The position numbers and the translations under genes were made by a program. The notes under the pieces are model-generated. The model was not told where the DNA came from and made no database searches. It saw only the letters and a list, made by a program, of their open reading frames with translations. DNA of 64,000 bases from Sphaerodactylus townsendi (taxonomy: Eukaryota): NCBI RefSeq assembly GCF_021028975.2, contig NC_059427.1, forward strand, positions 116,498,001 to 116,562,000, in the 5' to 3' direction. The first letter of the stretch is position 1. Each line of letters begins with the position of its first letter. Of this stretch, positions 12,551-26,361 are shown piece by piece.

Positions 12551-13221
12551 AGTTTGGAAGGTGGGGGGAGGAGAAGAAACTGAGAGAAGTCCTCTAAAAA
12601 ACGCGGCTAAAATATGTGCGGGGAGAGAGGACAGAGCTCCCTCCCCCATTGGAAGATGATGTGGGATGGGGGGAATTATCTGGGCTGCTGTATAAGGGAG
12701 GACCACACCCTTTGACCCTTTACTTTTCCAAATATTCTTTGTTAGCTATAAGATGCACAAGGCGGGAAATGTTAATATGACTTCCTTTTTTCCACACTAT
12801 AATTAAACATTGCTTGTGCAGTAGGGTCCCACCCCCCTCCCCAGTAGGGGAGAAAGGTGGCAAGGCATTTACTTGTTATGCTATTATTTCATTTTATGAA
12901 ACTGAAATTTACTGTCTAGAAAAGCCATGATTTGAAATTTAGTGTTTGCTTAGCCTTAGGCAGATGCTAAAGGTGCAGTTTCTGTTTTAAAGTACATACA
13001 TTTGATTGTCAGCACTTTGCATTGGTCAGCACCTAATACGCTGGTAGAATCTGGTATATAGTTAGATTTCAGGATGTGAAGCATATTAAGGAAAAATCTT
13101 AAGGAAAAATGGGAAAGCTCTGGAAGCAATGCATCAGTGGACATTTTTTCTCTCCATCCTTCTGTAGGTGGCTTTTGTGAACGCAGTTGGGCTCTGTGGA
13201 TTCCCCCTCTTGTCTCTGAAA

Positions 13222-13306
13222 ATGTATATGCTGGCTGAAACCAATTCAAACAATGTTCTTCATTTAAAAAGGTCACCTGGTATCAGATCATGGTCTCTCC
13301 TTGTAG
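13222..13306 (+). CDS. CYBC1: CYBC1/EROS (cytochrome b-245 chaperone 1) coding exon 1; exon starts at 13168
   Basis: MYMLAETNSNNVLHLKRSPGIRSWSLLV-G; G|gtaaga donor; 85 nt. Confidence 0.96.
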
Positions 13307-13917
13307 GTAAGACTACAATCCTTGTATGTATTTTTAATGGATCTCCTTTTTATTTAAGTATAAATATATATATTTTCCCTCAACAACCCTCACTATTGTT
13401 TCTGAGAATGATGACTGTTTCAGAAGTTTCTTTAAGAAATTTTATTTTTCTCTGTTTAGGGGATGTTATAGTACAGGTTAACTAATTGAATATAATGAAC
13501 TTGACTTGTAACAGAAAAATGGCTGAGGAACTTCTTGGATCTATACAAGAGATATTTTATATTTCAAGATGTAACTAATGTTTTGATACGTTTATTTTGC
13601 ACTGGGATTGATTTCCCTTAACAGTCATTGTGTTGTGTTGTACATATAGACTTCGTCAAACAATATTTCTTTGTTACTGATGTATTATACTGTTGTTGTT
13701 CACCGCCCTGAGCCCTTTGGGGGAGGGCGGTATGCAAATCGAATAATACAGTACAATACAATAGGAGGAGGAAGGGATCTATTCTTTGAAATGGAATGAA
13801 GTTGAATAGTAGAAAGGCCCAACAAAGCTTTATGTTTTGTCAAAGTTAGATGATGTTGGTGATTTTTATAAATAGCTGAAGTTACATAGTGAGTTTACAT
13901 TTCTGTCCTCTTTCTAG

Positions 13918-13959
13918 GAATCTCCTCTGTGGGCTTGGCTGCTGCTTACTACAGCTCTG
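13918..13959 (+). CDS. CYBC1: CYBC1 coding exon 2
   Basis: GISSVGLAAAYYSS; tttctag and G|gtaaaa; 42 nt. Confidence 0.95.
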
Positions 13960-14989
13960 GTAAAATTCAGTAACTTCATTTGGTACTTTTCATTAGAACT
14001 CACTAGAACTTGTACAGCCCTTTCCACATCCAGACAAGGAGGCTGTGTTTTGCTACTAAAATCATGGCTTGCAGAGTTACCATAATGAAAGGGTTTTAGA
14101 GATTAGTAATAAACATGGTCTGGCTTGGAATGAAGATACTTGTTGTGTCTCTGAAAATTCATTTTCTGATCTGCAGGACATGCTGTGTGCCCTTCATCAG
14201 CATAGTGTGTGTTTATAATACTGATAGTCTAATAACCTGAATATAAACTTTAAATATGAAATTTCTAGATTCCTTTCAAAGCTGTTTGAAATGCAGAAAC
14301 GATATCAATAAACATTGCTCAAATTCTTAATCTTACATAAACATTAGATATCATTAAAAGTCTGACAGAAGAGAAGTATCATTCGTATGAAAGGTGCATG
14401 TTACACGTGACACAGCCGGACAGATCTCCAAAGGAAGGCAGTTCCATAATGTGTGACTTTAAAAAATCCTCTGTTCTTGGTAGACACCAATATGGTATCT
14501 ACGTGTGATGACATTGGAATAGAACTTCACTGCTAGATCTGAAGGAACAGGAAGTTAGAAGAGCAGTCATTCCCGTGGGAACTCTCCTTGCCGACTGTTG
14601 AGGGATTTCAGGACTAAAATTTGTATCTTGAATTGGGCCCTAAAACAAATGATTAATCAAGGAAGTTGTTGGAGCACATATCACCCCAATTTAGGACTTA
14701 TCAAAAGACAGGCAGCAACAATTTCAGATTAAAATTTCTGTGTGACCTCCAAAGGCAGCTCCGCATAGAACACCTTACAGTTGCATAATGTAGCAGCAAT
14801 CAAGGCATGGATTATAATAGCCAAATCTTTCTGTTCTAGTAATAGACAGAACTGGCAAGCCAGGAAGTCCTACTCAATTATGTTATCTGAGGTTACAGAA
14901 GAGGCTGCAGTCTTAATAATTAAAATGAGCCTGTATATGTGGTTTTGGATTCATCTTTCTAATTGCCAAAATATTTGTGTATTATTCAG

Positions 14990-15063
14990 ATAGCCTTGGA
15001 TGGAAACTTTTCTATATTGCTGGCTGTCTTTTTGTAGCTGTGCAAAATCTTGAGGACTGGGAG
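14990..15063 (+). CDS. CYBC1: CYBC1 coding exon 3
   Basis: DSLGWKLFYIAGCLFVAVQNLEDWE; ttcag and GAG|gtaagc; 74 nt. Confidence 0.96.
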
Positions 15064-15841
15064 GTAAGCAGTGGACTATAAAGTGAAATTTGGGCTGCCT
15101 TAGCCAAATGTCTGTTAATGTTGCTTAGACTGAAGTGCCATGTTAGCTTAGTCCTGAGTTTGCTCCTTGGCATCCTTAGATAAAAGGACTGGGCAGCAGG
15201 TGATGTTCATGCCTTATCCTCTGAGACCTTGGAGAGCCACTGTGAATTGGGATAGATTAAACTGATTTTGACTGCCTAACTGTCTGAGGCTGAAGTCCTA
15301 AAGATACTTTCCTGGGAGTAAGCCTTATTGAATAGCATCGGACTTACTTCTGAGTAGACTTGCTTAGGCTTGCTCCCTGACTGTGTATAAGACAGCTCCA
15401 TGTGAAAATAAACTGACTCCTCAATCCTTGGGGAGGATTGTTATTCCCCCATTCCACAGACTAAGCTAAACTAAACTAAGCTTTAATACAGATGCTAAAT
15501 ATTTGGCTCCTATTTAAGGAGAAGCCCATTTTAAATAAATACCCTGTTCCATTACCAAGAACAGCTGATCCATTTAATCCTCATGGTGTTTTGACAAAGT
15601 TGGTCTGCCAGGTAGATGCTGAGGGCCAAACTGAAGAGTATAATCCAGTAAAAAGACAATAGTGATTATCTATTATTATGTAGCTGTTACACATTTACTT
15701 CTGAGATCATTGAAGTTAATTGGTATAAGAGGATGATAGAGTGTCTGTTTGTGGAGTCATTAATGTCCCGTTTTGAAAGCAACTATTCTTCCTTTGCCTT
15801 ACAGCTATTTCTACACTGATTTTTAAAAATTATTTTTACAG

Positions 15842-15938
15842 GAAGCTGTATTTGAAAAGGACACAGGAAAAGTTATCCTAAAGATATTTAACCTTTACAA
15901 AAAGTTACTGACCCTGTCAAGAGCTGGCCATGAACAAG
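15842..15938 (+). CDS. CYBC1: CYBC1 coding exon 4
   Basis: EAVFEKDTGKVILKIFNLYKKLLTLSRAGHEQ; ttacag and G|gtaaag; 97 nt. Confidence 0.96.
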
Positions 15939-16250
15939 GTAAAGTAAATGAATGCAAAGTACTGTGTTGGGGAAAAAAATTAGTAAAATTTTGGGGACTA
16001 TTTCTTTGTGTGCTGAAGAAAATGTGAAATGTGTGCCATTCTATAACTTGTATAGGTTATAAATTCACCAAATTTGCATAACTCTGCTTCTAGCGGGAGG
16101 AGTGGCAACAGCAAGGACAAAAGTCTAGAAATGTAGTTTATTGTGCATAGTGGTGGACCATGAGCAAAAGATTCTCACGCAAGATAGTAAAATGAACTGC
16201 CTAGGTGAATCTTCACTGTAGTTCACCTGATCTCCTACTTTCCCACGTAG

Positions 16251-16395
16251 TGGTATTTCGTTTGGATGAAATTCGAGCTGTGAACGTAGAGGAGGAGAAA
16301 GTACGTTATTTTGGGAAGGGTTACTTAGTTGTCCTGCGACTTGTTACTGGTCTTTCGGTGCCTCTGACTCAGAATGCAGTGATGGGCTGTAGAAG
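16251..16395 (+). CDS. CYBC1: CYBC1 coding exon 5
   Basis: VVFRLDEIRAVNVEEEKVRYFGKGYLVVLRLVTGLSVPLTQNAVMGCR; cgtag and AG|gtacag; 145 nt. Confidence 0.96.
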
Positions 16396-17802
16396 GTACA
16401 GTATGAATTTACTAAACTGTGATTGGTAAGGATATGTGAGAAAGCTGCATTGAATCCTAGATGTAACAAGAAGATTCTAGATGCTATGGAAGCTGCTGAA
16501 GTTTCATGTATATTTTCAAAGGGTTTTTTTCAGTTTGTATATGATGGCTTGGGTTGCATCAATTCTAGGTAACCACTTATGCATCATAGATTATCTTGGA
16601 AATATGCTATCAAGCTATTAACATATGTTACATGGTAGGTATTTCATTTATGTGTCTTGTTACTCACCCTGTGGCATAAGGTGACATTCCAAGAGTCCTG
16701 GGTAACATCCATTCCTGGGCACTAAGTGTTTTCATAATAGGAGTGCCTGTCAAAAACTTGCCATATTTTCTGTAATATTTTCCCTTATTTTAATTCGTAT
16801 TACTGAAAACATACATTTTTTAGAAGTGTTCTCTGAAAACTGGGCCCCAACAATTTCTTCTAAAGTAATAGATGAGTACAGTTAAAGTGGTAATAAATAA
16901 AGATCAGTAGCTATTCCTAGCAAATCTTTAGTTATTGACTTGTTCTTATGATCTCTGTGCTAGTTTGCCTATGTATGTTGTTAGGAAATAAATCTTCAAG
17001 AGGGGTTGTTGCCTTAGAAGTCACTGTTGATTAGTGTGAGCTATTATAGTTCAGATCAGGTAGCGAATGGAACTAAGATGTACTTTAACTATGGTTAGTA
17101 TGTGAAACCAGAATTCTGCTTATGGACCGTTTTTCCAATCTTGGATTGTCCTGGCAAAATGCTGTTTTCATGGCCTTCTCTCAGTAGCGTGGGAGGGTAT
17201 TATTAGGGAACAAGCCAGGAGGTATGCATTTATATAGTATATGAAACTATAATTATGGCCAACTTTAGACCCTGGTTTGGTATGTAACTAGCTAACTGTC
17301 GTTGTGGGAGAGATCTGCATTCAACAACCTCTGTAACCATGTTTTTTGTGTGATGTCTGAATTGAGTAACTACAGCCTTGCAGGTTCCCAGAAACGGACT
17401 CCTAGGAAATACACCATAATGAAAGCATGCATGGAATTGTTTTTCAGCAGCAGATCCATGGGAGAATAAGCATAATTCTCCATTTGAAGAATTGGTATAG
17501 TTTTCAGCTAATTCTAAGAAGCCAATGTGCTAAAAGGAATGAGTTGACTTCCTTTACATAATTTTTTTGCCATGTCAATGAAGCTTGGGTGAAATTTTGT
17601 GACTTTGGCCAACAGTCACAGGAAAAAAAAACCCCACTCCTTAATAAGTTAATAATTGAAGGGGATTCTTATCAATACTTTCCAGTTTTGTTATCCTGAA
17701 TGATTTCCCCCTTTATTGGATGCTTTCATATTTATTAAAATGCACACACTTCTTTCAGAGGAGCACTTGCTTCATTAATTCTTCCTTGTTTCTTTCCAAC
17801 AG

Positions 17803-17953
17803 TGATGTAGAAGCCGTGGCTCAGCTTGTTACCAGCTTTCTTGGGCTGAACACAGTGCCGAATTATCAAGTTTCCAAGAACAACAGTGAAACAGATGGCA
17901 GTGATGTTGATGATCCCAGGGATTCTGGCGTGCAGGAAACAAAAGCTCTCTGA
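17803..17953 (+). CDS. CYBC1: CYBC1 last coding exon
   Basis: SDVEAVAQLVTSFLGLN...QETKAL-TGA; ccaacag acceptor; total CDS 594 nt. Confidence 0.95.
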
Positions 17954-18547
17954 ATCCTATAAGATAACATCTATAAGTTCTTGCTGAATTCAGAGTTTGG
18001 TGTCTTCCATAGATGCAGAGAGAAGATGCAGAGAGATTTACAATAGCTTGGAATCCTACACATAGTAGCTTTTGAATACTGCATTATGTAATTACTACTT
18101 CAGTGACATTTTTTACTCCTGTTCGGAGGAAATCTACTGTAATTTAGTATGTGAAAGATATGATGTGTAGGTGAAAACTCTCTCATAAATCCTGTGTACG
18201 GTCATTTTTCTTAAGGCCATAGCTATGAGCCTAACTTATTTTTTAAAATATTCTGCTTCTTTTAAAAGGAAAGACAGGAAAGGTACTTAGTGGTATTGCC
18301 AGTAAGTCGTATTGATCTAGAAAGGTTTATTTTAGGCAGTTTGACATTCATCTTCAGGTTTTATACACATTTACCTCCGGTTATGTGAGAGCATTCAAGC
18401 ATCTTGATTTGACAGACACACTTTTGTTGACCTATTCATGATACATACTTTAGAATGTCTAGGATTAGACACCTCTGCACATGTTGAGAACAAATTTTTG
18501 CTTTAGAGCACTCCTACCACCTAAGTTTTTTTAAACTGTTGATCGCC

Positions 18548-18553
18548 AATAAA
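18548..18553 (+). terminator. CYBC1: Candidate CYBC1 polyadenylation signal (another AATAAA near 18660)
   Basis: AATAAA ~600 nt after the stop codon, followed by T-rich sequence. Confidence 0.45.
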
Positions 18554-19117
18554 AAGGTAATATTTAATTTTTTTAAAGTCCACAATATTGGCTATTCAGT
18601 ATTGAGCTTTCTGGTGACATCCACATTTTCCTTCTGACTATGATGTATATACTTAAAAAAATAAAAGTAAGGAATTTTTTTGGAAAATGCCATAGGAGCC
18701 CATTTTGTAAGTACTTGTGAATTTCATTGAGGGCCTAATGAATTGAAATAAGATTGTATACTTTTCTAGCTGAAGTCTGTAAAGCCTGTGATTTTCATAT
18801 AAACTATATATAAAATTTGGTGGTTAAAATTTGGCAACTGACATTTTCTTGTATTGAAATGGATTATAATAGGTTTAAATGCCATCTTGCTATATTTTAA
18901 CTAGCAGCTATCAATCCCCACGTCCTCCAGTACTGAGATTTGTAACTTTAGAAAATTCCAGGAACTTTGGAAATTCAAGTTGTAATAGTATCAGGGGCTG
19001 TCTGAATTCAGCCCCATCTGATAAGACTGTTAATGCAGTACTGAGTGGGATTACATGAAAGGGTTAGGGATTACATGAAAGGGCTCATGGTGTGGCGTGA
19101 ACCCATTGCATAAGTGG

Positions 19118-19407
19118 CATCATGGTGTAGTGGTTAAGAACAGGTGTACTCTAACCTGGAGAACCGGGTTTGATTCCCCACTCTGCCACTTGAGCTGTGG
19201 AAGCTTATCTGGTGAACCACATTAGCTTGTGCACTCCAACACATGCCAGCTGGGTGACCTTGGGCTAGTCACAGCTTCTTGGAGCTCTCTCAGCCCCACC
19301 TACCTCACAGGGTGTTTGTTGTGAGGGGGAAAGGGAGAGGAGTTTGTAAGCCCCTTTGAGTCTCCTATAGGAGAGAAAGGGGGGAATATAAATCCAACTC
19401 TTCTTCA
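19118..19407 (+). mobile_element. Full-length tRNA-derived CORE-SINE (Squam3-like)
   Basis: Box A TGGTGTAGTGG, box B GGTTTGATTCC, CORE gggtgaccttgggctagtcac, tail ending tcttcttc. Confidence 0.85.
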
Positions 19408-22400
19408 TTATCATCAGTGCCGGTGCAGGGGCACTAACATGGTGCCAGAGATGGGGCCCAGTTTAGTCAGCTTCCTATGGCCAGCTTTCTTTCAGCCCAG
19501 GAATGCCACCTTTTGCTGGTGTGGAATTACGCCAGCAAAAAAAGGTGGTGCAGCCCATTGGGCTGCATAGGGGCCTTTCAGCGGGTTGGTGAGTTTTCTC
19601 TCTCTTTTCCTTATTGCGCCTTCACAAACCTCTTGGGAGGTGGCAGGGCTGCGCTGTGCCTGGCTGTGCTCATCTTCCCCTTCTCTCAGTAATAGGTTGT
19701 CCATCTTGTTCTGTCATTTGTGAACCCAGTGTTTATTAGTTTGAATGTTCAACTACTGCTCTGTGCAAGACTGCTCTTGTTTAGAAGATGCATCTGGTAC
19801 AGCACGCTGTTGCCTTCCTGCAAAAAGTACTGGAAGCACATTATGCCTGTGCCTACAAATGCAATGTTATTCAGAGCTACAGTAGTTCAAGCCCACTGAA
19901 ATCCGCAAGCTTAGACTGAAGCTAATCTGTACTGGATTGTGCTGTGTCAGCTCTGACTCTTCATTCTCTTCTAGACACAGATCAAAGGTATTGTGTTTAA
20001 TGTTTAAGGTTCTATAAGGACCAAAATATGTCTGAACCCAGCTGCTTCCTTCCTACCTCATCATAAGTTCTGAAATCAGCTGATGGTGTGCAAACAGCAA
20101 GGCATCTTCTAGAGGCAGGCCCTTCAGTACAGATAGAAGATGTGGTAAAGGTGTGGTTGTTGCAAAAAATGAGCTGGATTTCAAGGATTAGGATTAAACT
20201 GGCAAAATTGGGGATTTTAATACATTTTATGAAACTGTCTGCTCAAAAACTGAAGTAGAATAATGGCCTACTCTGTCCTAAAAGCCTGAGGCAAAGTCCA
20301 AGTCCATATTCTATTTATAGTTGAAGAACAAAAGGTAGTGGTGTGGGCGAACACAGGTGAGTATTCAGTCGTATAAAAATTATTGTGGTATGCAGGTTCG
20401 TGTTTAAAATCCTGGGAAATATCAAGGAATGTTTGAAAGAAGCAAATGTATGTTGGCTTTATAGAACAGCTTTTTCACAGCACAGAAGTTATCAATGGCA
20501 GTTTAAAAAGGTTTGTTCAGGATCATTACATACCTTTAAATCACCAATTTATAGCAGTAGTATACATAATGTAGACCTTAAGATAAAATCATTGGCAGCT
20601 TTTTACTAAACATTCTGAAGTCACAAATGAGTATGTGTAAGCAAGTCTATCTGAATTCTATTTTCGGAGCTCTCTCAGTCCCACCCACCTCACAGGGTGT
20701 TTGTTGTGAGGGGGGAAGGGCAAGGAGATTGTCAGCCCCTTTGAGTCTCCTACAGGAGAGAAAGGGGGGTTATAAATCCAAACTCTTCTTCTTCTGAACT
20801 CCAAAGGACCAATTTATTCACTAACTTGAGGTCCCTCATGCAGTACTTTCTATCTTAGCCACATAACCATAGAACTACAGTCTACAAATGACATTCCAGA
20901 GGGGATTCATTACATTTCACTCTCAAATCTCTTAATGTTTGGGGAGACTCACGGCAAATTGGCACTCTGCCATAGAAGGACACTGGGTGGCAATGGTTGG
21001 AAAATTCCTGGAGATTTGGAGGTGGAACCTGGAAAGTCCAGGGTTTAGGGAGGTCAGGGAGCCCAGCAGGGACACGATGCCACAGAATCTATTATCAGAA
21101 TCTGCCATTTTCTCCAGGGGAAGTGATCTAATGTCTAGAGATCATCACCTGTAATTCTGGGAGAATTCTAGGCCCAACATGGATATTGGCAACCCGACTG
21201 GGTTATCTTGAGTCAATCTCACACATTCAAACCAATTTATCTCACAGGGTTGTAACGAGGATAAGGTGGAAGAAAGAAAAAAGATGTAGGTTGCTAAGAG
21301 TCCCCAGTGTGGAGAAAGGCAGTTAATAAATTAAGCAGATAATAAATGTAGAGCAGATAAAAGGTTGGTTGATGGGTGAGAATGACAAAAGGAAGGAGGG
21401 GGAAATATGATGCCTGCCAGGACAAGGGAAAGATGAAGTACTGTAGGGTTAGGGATACAGGGGAAAGTGAGGTGCCATTTCTAAGTCATTGCAGGCTTCC
21501 CATTGCATGCCTCCCAAATAAGCCTGGCTTAGCAGCTGGTACCATACAGCTCAGCCAATGTTCTGGTGGACAGGGGCTGCTATGGGGAGGAAAGGAGGAA
21601 AAGCTGAAGGAACGGGGTATGTGGGAAAGAGAGAAGGAAATAGAAAAAGGGGAGATGCTATGGAGGCTTTCATGGAAAGGAAAGAATATATGGGGAAATG
21701 GGATGCCTCCACAACTCCTTGGAGGGCTTGTCGCTGTCTAAAATAGTGCTGTGAAAGTTGCTACAGTTGGTCATTTCTGAGACATTTCTACCTTTAAGCC
21801 ATCATCTTCCAAATGCAGACATTCCTGAGGGTTTTTCTACAAGTGCATTTATACACACATTCTCACAGAAATAATTCGTATAATGTAGTACATACCAGCT
21901 CTTTAACCTTCAACTGGTTGTCTCTCTATTACTGTTTCTACACTGATGAACAGATGACAATAGTTGTGAAAACGTTTCATAGAAATTGTTCTGTAAAACA
22001 CATGGCCTGGGATGCAGTCCTGTGAAGTATATCTATGTAGCTAAGTTATTTAAAAAAAACCTGAGACTCTACTACTAAAATGGTTGAGAGGTTTATTAAG
22101 TAACTAGTCAACAATATCCAGCATGTAACATGCGATGCTGCAAATCCACAGGATCTGCCTTGTTTCCTAGTAAATTTCTGCTTAGGCTTTTTCCATCTGA
22201 TTTGTTCTGGAACTTATTGCAGCTTCCTTGTTAATCTCAATTGCTTGGTCTGCTTTCCTAGCTGTTATTGACATGGGTCTCCACAGCTGCCACTGAAGAT
22301 ACTCAAAGCATATTAACAAGGGGATTGTGCAACATTTTAGATTTTATTTTGAAGATAAAGTGTCTGTGCAACAGTCTTGAATTTGGAACTTATCAACTAT

Positions 22401-22598
22401 AATCACCATGAAGTTTTAGGCCAGTTCTCCCTTCTGTATACTGGGAGACACTCTTCAAAAAATCATTTTAAGATTAATTCCAAGCAGGTTAGTGCAATTA
22501 ACACTCAGACAAACTTCTGACATTTACACTACACTATTTTCAGCTGCAGGATACCAGTTGTCACATCCTGAGCCTCCATAAAGCAGTCTGGAACAGTG

Positions 22599-22767
22599 CT
22601 ATGTTAATGCCTGTATCGCTCGGTCCAAGTCATCTACTGTGTCTTGAAGTCTCTGTAGGCTGGGTTGGATATTTTCCTCCATCCATTCCTCCACAGTAGA
22701 CCTATAGAAAACCTTTTCCATGGCTACTTGAAGTTCCTGGGTCACTGTATTCCACTTGGTCAAAAGC
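22599..22767 (-). CDS. HEXD: HEXD (hexosaminidase D, GH20) last coding exon (12)
   Basis: LLTKWNTVTQELQVAMEKVFYRSTVEEWMEENIQPSLQRLQ...ALT-TAG; tttag acceptor. Confidence 0.95.
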
Positions 22768-23809
22768 CTAAACAGAAACCAGTGGTAGAAGTGAATGCAT
22801 TTCAGCAATTACATTTGGTTCTACTATACCACAAAGCAGAAGACTCTGAAAAGATAAACTTAAGTTTTAAAATTGTATGGTACCTACTCACAGCCAAAAA
22901 TCTACCACTAGACTTTAGCAGCTCAAATATTTGTGAATATTGTAGGACTTCAAGGTAGTGTGTCCAAGGGTAGGGGAGAATGCTCAAGGACAGATGACAA
23001 CAAGGAATCTTTTCCTTTTATTTGTTCCAGTTTGGCATCCAAGCTAAAGCAAGGGTTGGGAAAGAAGTTCAGCATCCATACATGGTCCCCTAGTTAGCCA
23101 CTTTTCAGTTTTTTTCTGATTTGATATGATCTTAGGTTTAGTTTCTTTGCACTAAACATTTAATAGAACAAGGATTGTTGAATGTAAGTGACCAAGTGGA
23201 TACTGGATTATTAGGTTCACTGAGAACTGCCTCTCCTTATCTTGGATCATTCATTATTATAGGAATTATAAACTATTGTTAATTCTGTTTCAACTAGCCA
23301 TAAAGCTTGTGTTTCATATGCTTATCATGTATTTTAATCTTTTAATGGTTATTTTATAGACTTTACTTGATACTGTGAATGACACTTCATTATTATTGCT
23401 TTGCTATGGCTTTGAGCTAATTCAATTAAAAAAAACAGAAATATATGATCTTTTAAAAGAGATCAGTTTTAAAAGAGATCACGGATAGAAAGGTGTACAT
23501 TTTTAATGTACCCATTCATGCTGGAATTACTTTCCTTGCCTCAGCCTCCAACATGAGCATTTCTGGCCCGCTCCTGGCTTTTCTGAATTGGCCATTGCTA
23601 TAGTGCAATAATGTTATAATGATCTACTGCCATGATCTACTACAATCTCTGAATTCCTGGCTTTCATGAAAAAAGCCTCAGGTCTTTTTCTTTGTTTAGA
23701 TATCTCTGCGGGAAGGAGGGATGGCAGTGCAGAGGCAAGGAAAGTACGAGGGAAAACTGATGTCTGCAGTCATAGCAGCAACACAATCTGCAGAGAATCT
23801 TTGCTGACA

Positions 23810-24062
23810 ACCAGTGTGATGTAGTGGTTAGGAGTGGCAGACTGTAATATGGAGAACTTGGTTTGATTCCCAAACCCTCCACATGAAGTCTGATGACCTT
23901 GGGCTAGTCACAGTTCTCCCTGATCTCTCTTTGTTCATCACCAACCTCACAAGGTGCCTGTTGCGGGAGGGAAGGGGCGGAGAAGGAAGATGATTGTAAG
24001 CTGCTTTGAGACTCGTTACAGTAATACAGTAAGCAGAGCATAAAACCCAGCTTTTCTTCATC
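23810..24062 (+). mobile_element. Squam3-like SINE
   Basis: Same head, CORE and tail as 19118-19407. Confidence 0.75.
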
Positions 24063-24329
24063 TTCTGTGTGGATGCACCCTGTGTGTGTTTTCCCCTGCT
24101 TTTGTACTAATAAAGCAATAATTGGCATAAAGCAGTACATGGCTTATTTCAGTAAGAGTCCAACTGTGTCAGAAATTTGGCAAATATGTTCAGTAAAACA
24201 CTCCCTCCCCAAACGGAAAGCATCACAGTGGCCTCAGTGAACAAGATTTATTGTGAAGAGAAAGACAAAGTTTTTAAGAGCTTGTAATATGGCTGTGCCA
24301 TGTTAATTTTACAAGTGACCATGAGTTAC

Positions 24330-24419
24330 CTGAGTACATCTGGCTGAAAGAGATGGATCATTATAGGATGGATCTTCTTCCGCTTTCTATGGTAAGGGCT
24401 GAACCAGCCTGTGACATAC
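24330..24419 (-). CDS. HEXD: HEXD coding exon 11
   Basis: [29 protein letters not shown]; ttcag and AG|gtaact; 90 nt. Confidence 0.96.
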
Positions 24420-24670
24420 CTGAAAACACATTTATATGTGATTAAAATGGAAGAACTAATGTGGCAGAGGTGAGACAGAATGCATCATTTCCAAATTTGG
24501 AATTTCAAGTTGCTCTCATAGTATATACACAAGAGAATACATCAAGGATCAGTCACCCCAGACTATATAACCACTTAGTCATAATTAACATTAGGATGAA
24601 CAAAGAGATTCTTTCAGTTTTTACCACAAATGTGTATATATAAGGAGAAACAGTTTTAATTGTATTAGAA

Positions 24671-25018
24671 CAGGGGTCCCCAACATGGTGTTATGAGTGC
24701 TATGGCACCAACCCACATCATCAAGTATTTTTAGAACGTGAGTGGAGCCAGGTGGGTTCCTCCTGATCATGACTTCTGATAGGATACTGATTAGCTGTGT
24801 AGATTAAAATAATGTTGTTTTGGCAGCAGATGCCACCAGTGTTAGTTCTATGCCCTTTCTCAGTGCATGTTTTAAATTGCTCCTCTTTTCCTCAGCATTT
24901 GGGTTTCCTGTCTGTGTCTGTTTCCACCTTCCATGAAAAACATTTTGTGGTTGCACCTACCACCTTGTGCCAGAATTCAAAAGGTGACCACAGGCTCAGA
25001 AAGGTTTGGGGACCCCTG
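24671..25018. mobile_element. hAT-type non-autonomous element
   Basis: TIR CAGGGGTCCCCAA / TTGGGGACCCCTG; 8-bp TSD TATTAGAA / TATTAGAG (7/8 match). Confidence 0.85.
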
Positions 25019-25131
25019 TATTAGAGAATATTAGGTCACGAGATAGCTGTTAGCTTCAGAACAGTGATATTTTATGTAGTCATCAGGCCAATTGTCAGTT
25101 AACAACATGGGATTTTTTCCCCATTCCTTAC

Positions 25132-25233
25132 CTGTTATTTTCCAGAAGTTCATCCACTGAGGGTTTGAGGTAGAAAGCTATTTGGGTCACAAGTGAAAGA
25201 ATTTCACTTCCTGGGAAAGTCCCTGAGACGTCA
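25132..25233 (-). CDS. HEXD: HEXD coding exon 10
   Basis: [33 protein letters not shown]; acag and AG|gtaagg; 102 nt. Confidence 0.95.
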
Positions 25234-25384
25234 CTGTTCAAGAAAACAATTCTTGTAAGCACTGAAGATAACTATAGAGTACATCAACACCTTGCTCCTA
25301 ACTCAAAGTACCTGCTTGGACAATGCTACTACTACCCCGAGTCTGAACAGCTTGCAGAATTCTTTCCTACTGCTACGCCATTCT

Positions 25385-25916
25385 TGTCAGTGATGTTTCA
25401 CAATATAATTTTTTGGTGTGAGTTTTATTTTTGTGTTTTAATGTGGGGTTTTATATGTATGTTGCTGCGATTTAAAATGCAGGTCTCTACAGTATGAAAG
25501 AAGAGGCTTGGATTGGATGATTGAAATGTGTTATGACTGGATGGTAACTGTATCGTAGGGGGTAGAGTTGACTGGTTTGTGAAGAAGGGTTGTGTGTGAG
25601 AGCGTGAGAAGAAAGGAGACTGATTGTGTTGGAAGACTAAGGAGTGTCAGAGAAATATGTTCTTTGTGGAAGTTATTAACCTAAGTTGCAACTGAGGAAA
25701 ATAAACCCTGGTGACTAGGTCTATTTAAGGAATCTTAGAGAAAGGAGAACTGTACTTATGTGAAAGCATAGCACTCGGGTATTAATTTAAAACAGTTACA
25801 CTGGTATACTTGTAAATAAACTCTATGTTTATTTACACAGCTGAACACAGCTGTTTTATTTAGAGTAAAACTCCTTTTTATCTCAGAGCCACTCCCGTGC
25901 ACTGACTGTTCTGTCA
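25385..25916 (+). mobile_element. Candidate solo LTR
   Basis: TGTCAG...CTGTCA ends, 4-bp TTCT on both flanks, internal TATTTAA and AATAAA. Confidence 0.45.
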
Positions 25917-26361
25917 TTCTACCAGATATAAGTAAGCCATTCTGTTCTTTGGGTTCAGCTAAAAAGTTAAGGTGAGAGCCTCTGATGGCAGCAAACATTA
26001 GTAGGAAACGCTGAGGAAGGGAAGGAGGCAGCATCACATGTCATCTCAAAACACTATAGAGAGCGTTGCCATTACAGGTGATGCATATAAGAGGGCTCAG
26101 AAAAGAAGCAAAACTTTCCACTTTCCACTATTCCTGAAAAATCTTTAAAAGATGTGGAGAAGTCAATCAAATCTGTGGCAGTGATTTGATAACAAATCAA
26201 CAAATAACTAGATTAATAAACTTTGAATTAAAGCTTGTGATTGCTTTTTTTGGCTCATCTTCTGATATTAACATGATCAGGAAAGCACATTCTTTCTTCC
26301 ACATGCACACCCCACCCCTCAGTATTGGATCTGTTCACAATTCATAACGTGAACCTTTTAC

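Noticed and set aside
19118-19190. tRNA gene
   Set aside because: The A/B boxes are the head of a CORE-SINE; there is no cloverleaf and it continues into SINE body and tail.
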